In this document: piece by piece, positions 1 through 16,003 of the stretch
How the letters are laid out: the number at the start of each line of letters is the position of its first letter
Position numbering within the stretch: position 1 is the first letter of the stretch
The notes under the pieces: model-generated
The model's database searches: none
Told to the model about the DNA's origin: nothing
Seen by the model: only the letters and a program-made list of their open reading frames with translations
Assembly (NCBI GenBank): GCA_964016885.1
Contig: OZ024742.1
Location: 352,160,001-352,224,000, forward strand
Length of the DNA stretch: 64,000 bases
DNA from: Eledone cirrhosa
Taxonomy: Eukaryota
Direction of reading: 5' to 3'
Translations under genes and position numbers: made by a program

Positions 1-223
1 TTGTATGGGTGGGAAATAAAAACTGAAAACAGTTGCATGTATCTCTTGACCAGGAATGAAACCAAGGTCTGGATCTCCACCGTATCTAGTACCTACCGCT
101 AGGCCAGAGAGACAACTACGTAAAGCATATGAACATTCATACTTATAAAACTACTTTCAAAATTTCACACGTTCGAAGCTAGCTGTCAAAGCGGCCGGAG
201 CTCAGACGTCGGGGTTCAGGTTC

Positions 224-330
<107 letters not shown>

Positions 331-849
331 ATATATATATACTTATACATGTATAGATGTATATATGTATATATGTTTATATGTATATATATAGAGACCA
401 CTCTATAATATCTATCGATCAGATCTAGGTTCGTATTTAACCTCTTTGTATTTTCGATGTTGTAGTGGCAACATGTTTACGGTCGCAATGTTTACTATGT
501 CAGGCCCCGAACGTATTGTTATTAGTGTGAGCTATAATTTATTGAGTTATCGATACCACCTCATCGAGTGGTTTGGGCCAACTTTAGAAAGTTGATTTCG
601 AAAAATGCCTATCACAGGGGCAATTTCGATTTTACTCACTATCATATATATATATATATCACTATCATATATATATATCATTATCATAATATATATATAT
701 ATATATTATACTCCAGAAAACATGTCTAGTGCTCTGAATCAGTTATAAAGATTTATATTAGTTGAATTACTAAGAGATTGAATATCCCTTCTGCTTATAC
801 ATAGTTCCTTAAATGTTGAATACTTTTAATTATAACTGAATGCAAAATA

Positions 850-2050
850 ATGGAATTCTTTAAGAATACTTATTCTCTAAAAGATATACCTTTACCTAAA
901 AATAAGGAATATCTAAAAAGCACATTGGGAAATCTGACTCCTTTATACGAAGACTTAGATGGCGTGCGTTCCATTTTTATAGAAAATCTGATGACAAAAT
1001 AAATAATTCTATTTACAACTTTGATCATATCTTCAAATCTAAGAAGAATCCACCTAACAGCAAACTACTAGCTGAATTTGAGAATGAAGTAGTATCTATT
1101 ATACAAAATATTAAATTAAAAAAAAACAATTTATAGGCCAGGAGTACCTTAAAGGCCTCAATAATAAAATAGACAATCTTGAAAAAACTAAGACGATCCT
1201 CGTAAAATCTGATAAAACTAATAATGTATATGGTATGGAAAAGGACGAATATAATAACCTTATATTGAAAGAATTCAGGAAATACTACAAAATAACATCA
1301 AATGAAGATCTTTCAACGTTAAATAGAGAAGCTTCTGAAATGATTTACAAATTAGGCACCGAAAATCGGACTAAATTTTCTCTATATATTTTGGAATAAA
1401 TCACTCATTAAATTTAACGGTTAACAAACTTTCTCAATTGTACAAACATATACATATTATGTTTGATAATCTATATAACTTCCCTAAATTAACAATACAT
1501 AGAAAACCGAAAATTAACCTGAAGGACCACAAAATAAATTTTGAAATTGAACTACCAGTCAGACTCATCGCACCATCTAAATATGACTTAGGTATAATTA
1601 GCAAACATATATTAAATATAATTATAGCAATACTTAAATTAAAATCACACTTTAAACCATGGAACAGTACTAATGAAGTTATAGATTGGTTCAATAACAT
1701 AAAATTAAAACATAACAAAAAATTCATTCAAATGGATATTGCAAATTATTACTCCTCTATTACCCCTAGTTTCCTCAATAAGACACTTATATACATACAG
1801 ACTTATCTAGTGATGAAGGTAATATCATTCTAACAGCACGTAAAACACTAATTGAAGTTAATAATCATCTCTGGACAAGAGCCAACATAAAAAACAATTT
1901 TGATATCACTACGGGATCATCTGATTCGTTGGATTAATTATTAATAATGTATTAATAATTTATTAATAATGTATTAATAATGTTACAATATGTTGCTTTT
2001 AATTTAAAACCATAGCAATAGTGAAATTAATAGGAAAAGAAAATCCATAA
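850..2050 (+). pseudogene. Decayed Naiad-clade Penelope-like retroelement, N-terminal/RT part (same family as the intact copy at 53984-56206)
   Basis: Starts ATGGAATTCTTTAAG (MEFFKNTYSLKDIPLPKNKE). Frameshifted pieces include KSDKTNN, KPKINLKDHK..LPVRLIAPSK and FIQMDIANYYSSITP, colinear with the intact ORF. The YRDD region and endonuclease are missing. Confidence 0.9.
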
Positions 2051-2607
2051 TACAATTTTTAGATGTAGATTGATAATCTTTAAATGACATTCTGAAAATT
2101 TATCCTCTTTACGATAGATCTTCGAAAACCACATTACATTTTTCCTCTCTCTTTTTGTTATTCAAATATTCACACATCTTTCGACTAAAATAATGGATCT
2201 CACACGAAATAATATATAATTTTCTCTATATATTTTGGAATAAATCACTCATTAAATTTAACGGTTAACAAACTTTCTCAATTGTACAAACATATATAAT
2301 CTATATAACTTCCCTAATTGTACAAACATTGATAATCTATATAACTTCCCTAAATTAACAATTTTCTGAAAATATTTTCAATGTTGAACAACATTTTTGA
2401 ATTCACAAATTGTTCTACTCTCACAACTTGGACCACCTTTAAGTAAAATACAAAACAACAACCTTAGTAACTTATATTTGATATATAAACAACTAATAAT
2501 TGTAAATTATCTCTACCTCTATAATACTAATACATAGGCAATTATTAATCTATATAGATATTTATAATAGACCTCAAAAAGGCGCAAGCTCAAAAGAGCC
2601 ACATAAT

Positions 2608-2968
2608 TTTATAATAAACCTTCAAATGTGTGGGACTAGAGTTGTTGCTAAAAAATGTTGTAATCATTATCTATCGTAGATTATGTGGAATCTTTTTATA
2701 AAAAAGAGACTCATAACGAACTCAAGACGACACGATAATTATTTAAGCTAATGTTCAATATCTCATATTAGATGTTGAGTAATGATTAATACGTAATGCA
2801 CTTAAACCGAATTCTATAATATATATTCACTTAACTAATTATCGTGTCGTCTTGAGTTCGTTATGAGTCTCTTTTTTTATAAAAGGATGCCACAAAGTGT
2901 ACGATAGATAATGATTACAATATTTTTGAGCAACAACTCTAGACTCACACATTTGAAGGTTTATTATA
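2608..2968. repeat. Inverted repeat, ~130-bp arms (2608-2740 / 2836-2968)
   Basis: gactcataacgaactcaagacgacacgataatt and its reverse complement aattatcgtgtcgtcttgagttcgttatgagtc are both visible. The right arm appears to resume at ~3930-3968 after the retrozyme-like insertion. Confidence 0.85.
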
Positions 2969-2975
2969 TTATAAT

Positions 2976-3467
2976 ATAAGTATGTATACGTACATACATA
3001 TATGTATACAGACATACAGTAGTATGTATATATATATATACATACTGCACACATATATATATATATATATATATATGTACGTATGGATTCACCGAACATT
3101 TCTTATAATGCACGGTGTGTTTGTAAACAAACATCCCGAATTAAGCCGTACAATGTCTAGCAACCATCGCAGCTCATTTATTCAACACTGACAAAGGAAC
3201 GCTGTACTAGTTTCAAGCTTATTAGCTATCGTCTGCAACGTATACATTCCTGCCAGATAGTTGAACGTCTGAAAGTATATACTTTACTTATGCATATTAA
3301 TGGCTGAGCAGTCTAATTTGCATATCGGGGGAGTTAATCGGCCGGGGTGCCGAAAACGATAAACGGAAAAAAATGAACCGAAATTTCATTTCTCATTCTT
3401 AGTACGGTTGTTACTTAAATATAAGTATGTATACGTACACACATATATTTATACAGACGTACAGTAG

Positions 3468-3509
<42 letters not shown>

Positions 3510-3771
3510 TACATGCACACACATATATATATGTACGTATGGATTCACCGAACATTTATTATAATGCTCGGTGTGTTTGTAAACAAACATCCCGAATTAA
3601 GCCGTACAGTGTCTAGCAACCATCATTGCTCATTTGTTCAACACTGACAAAGGAACGGTGTACTAGTTTCAAGCTTATTAGCTATCGTCAGCAACGTATA
3701 CCTTCCTGCCAGATTGTTGAACGTCTGAAAGTATTATAATAAATGTTCGATAATAAATGTTCCATACGAAC

Positions 3772-3802
<31 letters not shown>

Positions 3803-3906
3803 CTACTGTACGGCTGTATACATATATGTATGTACGTATACATACTTATATTTAAGTAACAGCCATACTAAGAGTGAGAAATGAAATTTCGTTTCATTTT
3901 TTCTGT
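2976..3906 (-). mobile_element. Diverged tandem copies (~1.7 units, period ~450 bp) of the hammerhead-bearing retrozyme-like unit, with inverted cap at ~3735-3906
   Basis: Clear homology to the 476-bp unit (tactagtttcaagcttattagctatcgtcag, ATTTGCAT at 3316-3323, gaaatttcatttctca). The last ~170 bp are in the opposite orientation. Confidence 0.88.
3655..3697 (-). ncRNA. Minimal type I hammerhead ribozyme
   Basis: Minus strand reads acgttg CTGACGA t agct aata agct t GAAA ctag TA caccgt. The sister copy at 3199-3241 has a mutated core (CAGACGA). Confidence 0.8.
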
Positions 3907-5029
3907 CTATATTATAATAAACCTTCACAATTCTGAGGCTCTTTTGAGAATGCGCATTTTTCAAGTCTAGTTTAATATTTTTTTAAGGGAACGCTTGTAA
4001 TATCTCTAGTTAAACATGATATATATTAATAATAAATTATCGTTGTAATGTAATTAGATTATATAATTGTTATCTTGTAAATGATCTCATAAATATTATT
4101 GTAAGATGTATAAAAATATTTTCAGACTTTTAATATATTCAACTACAATAAACAATCAATATTAAATAAATATATTTTACATAAAAATTGTTATAGTTGA
4201 ATTAATAAACCATAATATTACATACAAATAGTCTAACATAATAATAAAAAAATTAATCTAACATAATAATAATAAAATAATGTAACATAAAACGAACAAT
4301 AATATACAAGTAAATAGTTTACAACCAATATTATAAGCATGTTATAAAGAACTGAAAAAAAAATAGTTAATATAAATTTTAAAAAATCATATATAAATTA
4401 ACAAGATAACTTACCAAAACGAGAAAAATATGTTGATAATAAACGACGAAATACAGGAGGAAGATTCGAAAGCGAAACGATAAATAAACGTGCAAACAAA
4501 GTGGCGGATGCTTTTGAGCAAAAATTACTCTCATTGGTTCATTAGCCAATAAGACAACGAAATTAGCCAATAAGACGATACATTACAAACAATGTTTTGC
4601 AGGGATAACAACGGCTAGCGAAACCCCTTGAATTCACAAGCTACGCATATGCCGACTTAAAACATTCTGTTGTTAGTCACTAACAGATACATATAACCTA
4701 TCGTAATGTAATAAGATAAAAATACTTACAACCATAATTCTTCATATAATCTAATTGATTATATATACAATATTATAACTTATAATATAGGTAAATAAAT
4801 TTAAATTTAAACTTTGGAATTATATTCCAGTTTTTGTCTCCCAAATTAACGTAAATGCTAGCTCTTCTTCCTTTCTCTTCTTTCCTACGCATACAATAAC
4901 TTATCAAAATTATTTAAATTTTCCATAGCGCCTACAATAACGTTTTTTTCATCCCTTTTACCCTTTTACCTAAACCTCATCTGCTTACTCATCTTAAAAA
5001 TGTGCAATATCTTACTTTTCTTCTCTAAT

Positions 5030-5140
5030 CCTTTCACTATCCAAGGAAAACTTGAACCGTTAAGGTATATTCTCATTGGTTATGTCAAAATGTATAAAAC
5101 ACACTTCGTATTTCATCTGATGATAGCGTACCAAATGATG
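5030..5140 (+). mobile_element. Remnant of Naiad 3' UTR/pLTR with the 5' half of a hammerhead
   Basis: gaaccgttaaggtat...gtatttcatCTGATGAtagcgtaccaaatg aligns by eye with the reverse complement of 6150-6240. The GAAA half is absent. Confidence 0.6.
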
Positions 5141-5177
5141 ATTTCTCACGAATAAAACAGGTCTAGTCCTGTAGACG

Positions 5178-5277
<100 letters not shown>

Positions 5278-5785
5278 TGTGCGTGTGTGTGTGTGTTTGT
5301 GTGCACGTGTTTGTGTGTGTCTGTGTGTATCTGTGTTTGTACGCGTGCTATTGTATCTCTATATATGTGTAATTGTTTCCACATATATATCATTTTCTGA
5401 AAACTCACCTCAATTATATGTTTCTTCAATTAATAGAAAAAAATTTAATTTTATTCATTTCCTATTTTCGATTCTCAATGCATACACCTTCCGGTTTGAA
5501 TGTTAATATATTTTACATTGTCTGTCACAGTGTCTGTTATAATTAGATTTTCATTTCGTTACATATGAAGTTAAATGTATTTAATTCTATTTAATTGATT
5601 TACCTCGTTATTTACGTTTGTTTTGTGTTTCTCTTCAATATTGTGTATCACATACAGTTTAGTAATTGTTATATGTATGATGATGTAATACAAATTAAAA
5701 CACATGCAATAGCCAAGCCACGCATTTACGTACGCATACATAATTTGATGTCTATACACACAGGTACAATGCATATCTGTGTATG

Positions 5786-5887
<102 letters not shown>

Positions 5888-5922
5888 ACTTACTGTGGTT
5901 ACCTCCGATTCAACCCGGAATA

Positions 5923-5981
<59 letters not shown>

Positions 5982-5984
5982 AGT

Positions 5985-6356
5985 TGTATTTAATTTGTTG
6001 GAACTTCGACAAACATAAATGTTTATAACTGATTTAGAGCACTCAACAGTACTTGGAATAAATATTCCATAATATTAAATAAAAGGAAACTATATTTATA
6101 AAACCATATTTATTTTATTATATATATTTCAAGGGCAACCAAGCCAACATTGGTGCGCTTTCATCAGATAAAATACAAAATTTGGTTCATGAATAAAGAC
6201 ATACTCATGAAAATCATACCTTATCGGTCGGAAATTTACTGGATAGTGGAAATATATTAGGGAATATTAAAAGTTATGTATGAATATGCAAATGAATGTG
6301 TAAATGATTGAAAAAACAACCGTTTATTAAAATGACGCTGGGGAAAGATAGGGAAG

Positions 6357-6431
<75 letters not shown>

Positions 6432-7965
6432 AAAATATTAATAATGTTATGAGATAGAAAGAGAGATGAAATTTACAAGAGGATGAATAGAACTCATGTA
6501 ACATAAACAAGTTTTAAGTTTATATCTACTAATATTACGTATATTTACTAATAATAAGTAGTTAGAATTCATTTCTAATATAATATAATATAATATTTAC
6601 TATTAGAAAAAAAATATATATATGAATAAATAAATAAATAAATATATATAAAAAGTAATTAAGTTAACTGAGTTAATAAGAATATTTATATATTTTAAAT
6701 GTTTTAAATTCGGAAGATACGGAAAAAACCCCACCAGTTTTGTTTGTTTATTAGTTAGTATGAGACCATTTTGTCAAAGATATAAATGTTGAAAGATATA
6801 TTTAGCCTGGATTAGTTATTGGTTATAAATCTAATAAAAAATATTTTAAAAATTTAAAATTCTGGAAAATTATCGGAAAATACTTAAAAAATACATAAAA
6901 ATATTTTTAAAACATTTAAAAAACCTTAAAAAAATATTTTTAAAATCTTTAAAAATCATCAAAAGAATTTTGTTTAATTAAAAAAAAGAATTCTTAAACA
7001 AACCTTAAACATTTGTTTTAAATATTTTATACGAGATAAGCAGATTTTTTAAAAATAAGTACTTTCTAAATATATGAAATACTTTGGAAGTAAAAAATAT
7101 TTTGGAAGTAAAAAATAATAAATAATGATAAAGAAAGATTTAAGAAGTAATAAATAAAAATAAACATAAAGAATAAAAAAAAAATTAAAAATATTAAAAT
7201 TAAAGTTAAAATTAAAAATTAAAATTAAAATTTTTTTAGATTCATATATGTATGTAATTTAAGAAATGTTAATAAGTGAAGTTATAAGAAGTGAAAATAT
7301 AGCAAACAATATATTGAAATAAGTAGAAATATTATGAGTTTAATTATAATTTATATATAGTTCTAAATGTTGATTTTTAGCGATGTTTACAAGAACTAAA
7401 TAAATTCATACGTATATTAATAGAGTTCTTACATTTAAGTATGAAGAACATTTCCTCAACACACAATTTGCAAAATCTAGATAAAGCTGTGTTTTTGTAG
7501 GCAGGTGCTTGTGAAGTTATTTCCCAAGTTAAAGAATAGTCCGTATTTTGGATTTTAAGTTCCATATCGGATTTGATACAAAAGTTGAGGATTTGTTTAC
7601 CAATATTATTAAACGAGCATATGTGATTATTAAAACGAGTTTTAAAGTCTGTAGAAGTTTAACCTACATAGTTAAATATATTATCACTGGTTTTGACTGA
7701 GAATGTATAGACCGCATCCTTATCTAAGCACTTAGTTTTTAAAGGACAGTTTGATTTAATTCTACAATTACATTTAGCGGAGTTGATGTTATTCGGAAAG
7801 GTATTATTATGGTGGATATTGCTAGAGATATTACTGCTATTTTGGTTATGGTTTAGATTTCTATTATTGATTCTATTTATATGTTGTCCTAGGTTCGTAG
7901 TAGTAGAGTAAGATAGTTTTATTTATGTCTGTTAAATATTGAGCGGTATCTATCGGCTTTAGGTA
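5985..7965 (-). mobile_element. 5'-truncated Naiad PLE: decayed GIY-YIG endonuclease (~7345-7965) plus long AT-rich 3' UTR/pLTR ending in (GA)n/(TA)n
   Basis: Minus-strand translation gives KCNCRIKSNCPLKTKC..VY..YVG*TSTDFKTRFNNH and CKLCVEE...LFSSCKHR, matching the C-terminus of the intact ORF. Confidence 0.88.
6111..6175 (-). ncRNA. Minimal type I hammerhead ribozyme in Naiad pLTR
   Basis: tattttat CTGATGA aagcgcacc..ggttgccctt GAAA tatata TA ataaaata: perfect 8-bp stem I, imperfect stem II, palindromic stem III. Confidence 0.85.
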
Positions 7966-8014
7966 AACACACACGCACACACACATACACACACACACAC
8001 TCACTCACACACAT

Positions 8015-8088
<74 letters not shown>

Positions 8089-8946
8089 ATATACATACAT
8101 ATATATATGTATATATATATATAGGCGTTTAAATACATTAATATTACTTGTAGAAATCTGTTCTTCCTTCTGTAGATTAAATTTATTTCATTTACACAAA
8201 TCCTTGTGTTTGTGCGAGAAAATATGCAAGCTATTGTCATAGTTATTTTCTCGGATTCGTTCCCATGAATCACGTATAATTCAATATCACTTGTCATCAA
8301 TATTACTTTAGTGTAATTAGTTTTTAGACGTTCTTCTATATTATTGCGTATTTAATTGTTTCTTTAGTCTTAATGTCTTTTCATTTTTCAGAATATATCA
8401 AGATTTGGTTCGATTTGCATTCTATCGACTTTCAATATATTATCATAACCAGCTCGGAATAAATTTAATTTTGTACCTGATTGAAATTTATTATAACATT
8501 CCTTCTACAGTGGATGTGATTGGGTGCGACAATCTATATTGTTAGTATCACTATATATACATTTTTCGTATTCATTTCTGATAATTCCTATATATGCCAT
8601 TTTTCTTCAACATGTAATATATGATGTTACATCATTTGAGTACAACATCATTCAACTACGGATGAGTACAAATCATTTTTTCTTAATATTTTCTTTATAA
8701 TTTTTATATTTTAAAGAGCACCAGCTTATGATATGTGCACTAATTTATATATTGTGTTATAAATGATAACATTACATTTAATATACCACCGTATTACATA
8801 CTCGATGTTTCTGTAGCTGTCAGTAAAATAAAAGTAGCATCATATCTCACATATTCACGTATAAATACTTTATTAAAAAAATGTAGATTATTGGCAAAGG
8901 CATTGGAACATCAATATATTTATACACACGAAATAAATGTAAATGT

Positions 8947-9202
8947 CGGATTGGTAGTATCAGTAGAGGGTCGGACGCCATGCTTTGCAGCAAAGAGTTA
9001 CGGCTCTTGCCACTCTGAGTTCAAATCCCGCCAAGGTTAACTTTGCATTTCATCCTTACGGGGTCGATAAAATATAGTACCAGTAATACACTGGAATAAT
9101 TTCTTGCCTTTAAATAAATTGAAATCAGAATGGCAAGAGCCGTAACTCTTTGCGTCAAAGCATGGCGTCCGACCCTCTACCGATACTACCAATCCACCGC
9201 CT
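8947..9202 (+). mobile_element. tRNA-derived SINE with Nin/Deu-like core (8947-~9110), followed by an inverted copy of its head (~9125-9202)
   Basis: B-box GAGTTCAAATCC at 9017-9028 and core ctttgcatttcatccttacggggtcgataaaatatagtaccagt. 9127-9195 is the reverse complement of 8948-9017. Family assignment is from recognition, not a database search. Confidence 0.75.
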
Positions 9203-10135
9203 ATATTAATTTAATGTATAATAATGTAAGTTTATTTAAAATTAATTTCATAAAACTACACATAAAAAATATCCTTTAAAGCACTACCCTATATACAAAG
9301 TGCGGCGATGGGTGGATTAGTTTTGATGTATCACTGTAACTCTCGCACTGTTCATCGACCTTGCTCAAAGGCTGCTCTTCAATTATGGCATTTCGTCGCT
9401 GTTGAACTCTGTTTCACATATTCTCTAGATAAATTAATATGTAATTACTGAAAGCGTGACACCCACGGTCGGACGTACGGTACGTAGGTATAAACGTATT
9501 AATATATAGATAATTGTGTTGTAACTGGAAACATGACAATAAAAATGTACTCTGCGAAGTATGATTTGGCAGCACATAACCTGCTTTCTTTACGGAGCTT
9601 TACTGTCTATGTTATCGCATGTATACAAACATATCGGTGAATCTGAAGCCCTTTATATAATAGAGCAGCTAGGAAGAGACAACTAGAATGGGAATAAGCA
9701 TCACTATTACTGGGTTGGTATGTACTTACTCTATCCGAATAGTGGGAAAAGCATCGCAAGTATTTTTATTGAAGTGCAACGAGAGGAAATATAAATCGCA
9801 GTGTATTTCCTGGATCGCTCCAGCAAATTTGATAATTCATTTCTTTAACTGTCGAGGTAAGTCTCTAGGAAATAGCATGAAAATAATGTATTTATGATTG
9901 GTTATATGTAAAGAACCGAAATGCATGTTAACATCAACTTCGTGATTTGATGGCCACAAATTTTCTATGTTTAATGAAAGAATCATGTTTTTAGAAAACT
10001 GATGAAAGAGAGATATGTCAAACCTTTCTTCCAAATAATCTAAAGTACATATTAAAGTTGTCTATTAAGTTTGTCATCTTTTTCATTACCAACTTCAAAT
10101 AATTCGCCATCAGTCTCTATATACATATCTAGAGA

Positions 10136-10216
10136 TCATCATCATCTTAATCATGTTCTTCTTCAACATCCGCCTCATTCTGATCATCGTCAGCATCATC
10201 AGCATTGTCATCATCG

Positions 10217-10253
<37 letters not shown>

Positions 10254-10480
10254 CCTCTTCATCATCACCACTATCATCATGATTATCGTGTTTCTAATCA
10301 ACCCTACCAACAACATCACCAGTATCACCAGCATTAATAAGATTCCTACTCCTCAGAATCCTCAGCATTCACATCACACCCATCTTCATATAGTACTATA
10401 TTCTTGATCACCAACACAACCACCACGACCACCGCCACCAGAACCACCATCCTCCCCGCACCAACATCAGCATCATTACC
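10136..10480. repeat. Degenerate (CAT)n/(CAC)n trinucleotide tract
   Basis: catcatcatcat runs grading into caccac. Explains the poly-His/Met/Ile ORFs. Confidence 0.9.
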
Positions 10481-12209
10481 ATCGAAACTTCTGTCATCTT
10501 GGTCGTTAATGCAAATAGGTAAGGATAATTTCCAGTTGTCCAACCTAGCAATTGTCATACTTGTTAACGTTCTAAGAGCTATATATACGTTAAATACATG
10601 TCAATGATGTTGCTCTACTCTTTAGATCACATCCAAATATAAATCATATTCAACCATTTCTTGTTTTACTCTGTGAGTGTGACGACGATGTTCTTGAAAA
10701 CCCATCAGTTGTATTCAACATCTACTGAAGTTGTTTCCTATGTGATTATGACAATTTACGTTTGCTGTAGATTCCAAAGTGTTGAAAGCAATTTTTAATG
10801 GATCACTCCTGTAGATTTCCATATACAATTACTGAAATGTTATGGTTTGCTGAAAGTATAGATTGCTATTTTACTATTACTAGACATGTGGAAATATCTT
10901 TCCAAGGAAGAAAATCAATATATGTCTGTTTTGATGAGTTAAATACTATTATGCTTGCTGCATCATTGAACATTTTATATTATATCGTATTTCTACACAT
11001 TAGAAATCGAAATAATAATTGTCATTGGATAATTAAAATGAAAAAGTGGAGGAGGCTTGAATATATTTAGATTTGCATCATAGGAAAACATTATGTTTTA
11101 TTATTTCGGAACAGAAATATTTAGAAAAATGTAATAAATAATATATTTTATAATATATAACGTTCTTTAGAAATATATTTTTAAAGAAAGGAGTAGGAGA
11201 GTTGTATGAACTAGAGTGGGTTTCAATGATTGTATGGCAATCCCCATACTTTTATGTGACTGGGTAGAGGAAATAAGAAAGGGTAACACAGGGAAAACGA
11301 TATAACATATATTGGTATGATTTATTTTAACACATTAAATTTAACACACACACACACAGACATAGACTCACGTATAACAACACATATATATTACATATAT
11401 TATGCATGTCTCCGATAGACGTTACTATAAATGTGTTTGTGTATAGTTTGCGATACACTAATGTGTTTAAGATTACCATTTGTCTATAGCATGAGCATTT
11501 AACAGTTGGTAGTGCTCTACAATGATGAACTGAGACAATGTATAACTTTTTACACTTTTGTCGTCTCACTTTCTATAACACAATGATATTTGGAAACCCC
11601 AAATTCAACGAAATTGTCTTCTTTTCGAATGATATTTTACACCAAATCATGCCTGTTTGGTCGAATCTGCATGGTATAAATGTTTTCCAGCATCACTAAT
11701 TAAACAGAATCACACCATTTACTGTGAATATTATAAGCAACAAAACATATTGTATCCTCTGTTTTTGCGATAAACATCAACTATTTTGAAACGATTTCCT
11801 TATACTTATGATCAGTCACGATGCTCGATGCATATTAAGAACAGATAGAAATATCTGTAATATGATGAATATATGGTATACTCTAAATTGTTATTGAGCT
11901 GATTTTCCTCGTTTTTGAAAACTCAAACTTATGGATATACACATATTTACTCCAATATACGTAGACTATTACTTTAAGTGACAATGAGGAGTTTAGCACA
12001 TTTTCCACTCACACATCAACTGTCTGCTGTAGGGTTATTACTTGGGAATGGAGTAGTTCAAGCCTTAACATAGGATTGCGTCTCATATTCAATTATTCTT
12101 TATCAACACTATCAAATATACATTCCATATATATATTAATATCTATAACATTTATCTGGGTTTCTTGAGGTAAGTTTGAATAATCTATTTATATATATAT
12201 ATATATGTA

Positions 12210-14207
<1,998 letters not shown>

Positions 14208-14212
14208 TCTTA

Positions 14213-14259
<47 letters not shown>

Positions 14260-14392
14260 TTAGAGAGAGATAGGGAAAGAGAGAGAGGTAGTACACTGGA
14301 AGGTGATATACGTAGTGATAGAGCACTCAGTCCATGGAACGAGTTTGATAGAAGTATTTCACCAGTGGAATTAACTGTTGTGTTACTACTTC

Positions 14393-14489
<97 letters not shown>

Positions 14490-14841
14490 CGTTTCTGAAT
14501 TTGTTTTGCAAGATTCTTTATCTGAAATCGTGTGTTGAAACCGATAGTGTTATAATTTGGTAGGGTCATGATGCCAATAAGAAACACGCGCATCAGTCGC
14601 TTTCACTTCAATTTATTATAATAAATTTATAAATTTCTGGTTGGTTGGTTGGTTCCACAACCAGATAGTTGTTTATATATTGTCATAGTTCTTTCGTCAC
14701 ACACTATGTGACCTCTTCAGTGACTGGGGATTCTTTTCTTCTTTGTCTTTTGTGCCTCTCCTTTGTTCTATCCTACGCCATTTTGTCGGCTTAGGAAAGA
14801 ACAAAGGAGAGGCACAAAAACAAAGAAGAAAAGAATCCCCA

Positions 14842-14884
14842 GTCACTGAAGAGGTCACATAGTGTGTGACGAAAGAACTATGAC
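14842..14884 (+). ncRNA. Minimal hammerhead in PLE pLTR (mirror copy at 14682-14724, minus)
   Basis: gtca CTGAAGA g gtcacat agt gtgtgac GAAA gaac TA tgac. Related copies at ~15731-15772, 19553-19595, 31636-31678 (-) and ~58625-58668. Confidence 0.8.
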
Positions 14885-15014
14885 AATATATAAACAACTA
14901 TCTGGTTGTGGAACCAACCAACCAACCAGAAATTTATAAATTTATTATAATAAATTGAAGTTAAAGCAACTGGTGCGTGTGTTTCTTATTGGCAACATGA
15001 CCCTCCCAAAGTAT

Positions 15015-15068
<54 letters not shown>

Positions 15069-15394
15069 GATGGCCTCAAACACTGCTAAGTGTATTGCAA
15101 TCGCTTGTTAGATTATAGAAAGTGGTGCCAGCCTCACCAACATGTATCACGTTCTGAACAAACACTTCCTGTGATTTGAAGGGTTTTTAAGTGGGCAAAA
15201 GCCTTCAACTCGACAAACTCTCTGACCATTGAAAACACTACCCGAAAAGGAGAACTGGTCAACATCATCAAATGCATCCGAAGCCGCATGTTTTTTTGCT
15301 GAGTTTCCTTCTCTTAGAAAGGTGTTGAGATAACTGGGGGTCTTTCACTTCCAGGTGAAACAAAGATTCTATTTGCATGTACATGTACACACAT

Positions 15395-15459
<65 letters not shown>

Positions 15460-16003
15460 TATATCTCGTTTCTGAATTTGTTTACCAAGATTCTTAATCT
15501 GAAAACGTGTGTTGAAACCGATATTGTTATAATTTGGCAGGGTCATGTTGCCAATAAGAAACACAAACACCAGTAACTTTCACTCCAATTTATTATAAAT
15601 TAAATTAAAAACACACGCGGACACCCGGATGTAACACATGCGCAAACTAAGCACACACCACACAGAAAAAAACAAGATGGCGTAAGACAGAACAAAGGAG
15701 AGACACTAAACAAAGAAATTAATTATTTAACCACTGAAGAGGCCACCAAATGCGTGACGAAAGATATTTGACAATATATGAACAACCGTCCGGTTGTGGA
15801 ACCAACCGGAAATTTATAAATTTAATTAATAACAAATTGGAGTGAAAGCACGTGGTGCGTGTGTTTCTTATTTGCAACATGACCACGCCAAAGTATAATA
15901 ATATCGTTTCAACACACGTTTTTAGATAAAGAATCTTGCTAAACAAATTCAGATACGAAATATCGTAAGCCTTAGCCAGGCTAACAAGATACTGAAAACC
16001 ACC

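Noticed and set aside
9005-9035. tRNA gene suggested by B-box GTTCAAATCC
   Set aside because: No cloverleaf. It is the head of a SINE present in several copies.
9837-12170. Protein-like minus-strand stretches suggesting host exons
   Set aside because: Interrupted by stops, with no recognisable domain or consistent splice structure. A tblastx/RNA-seq check would be needed.
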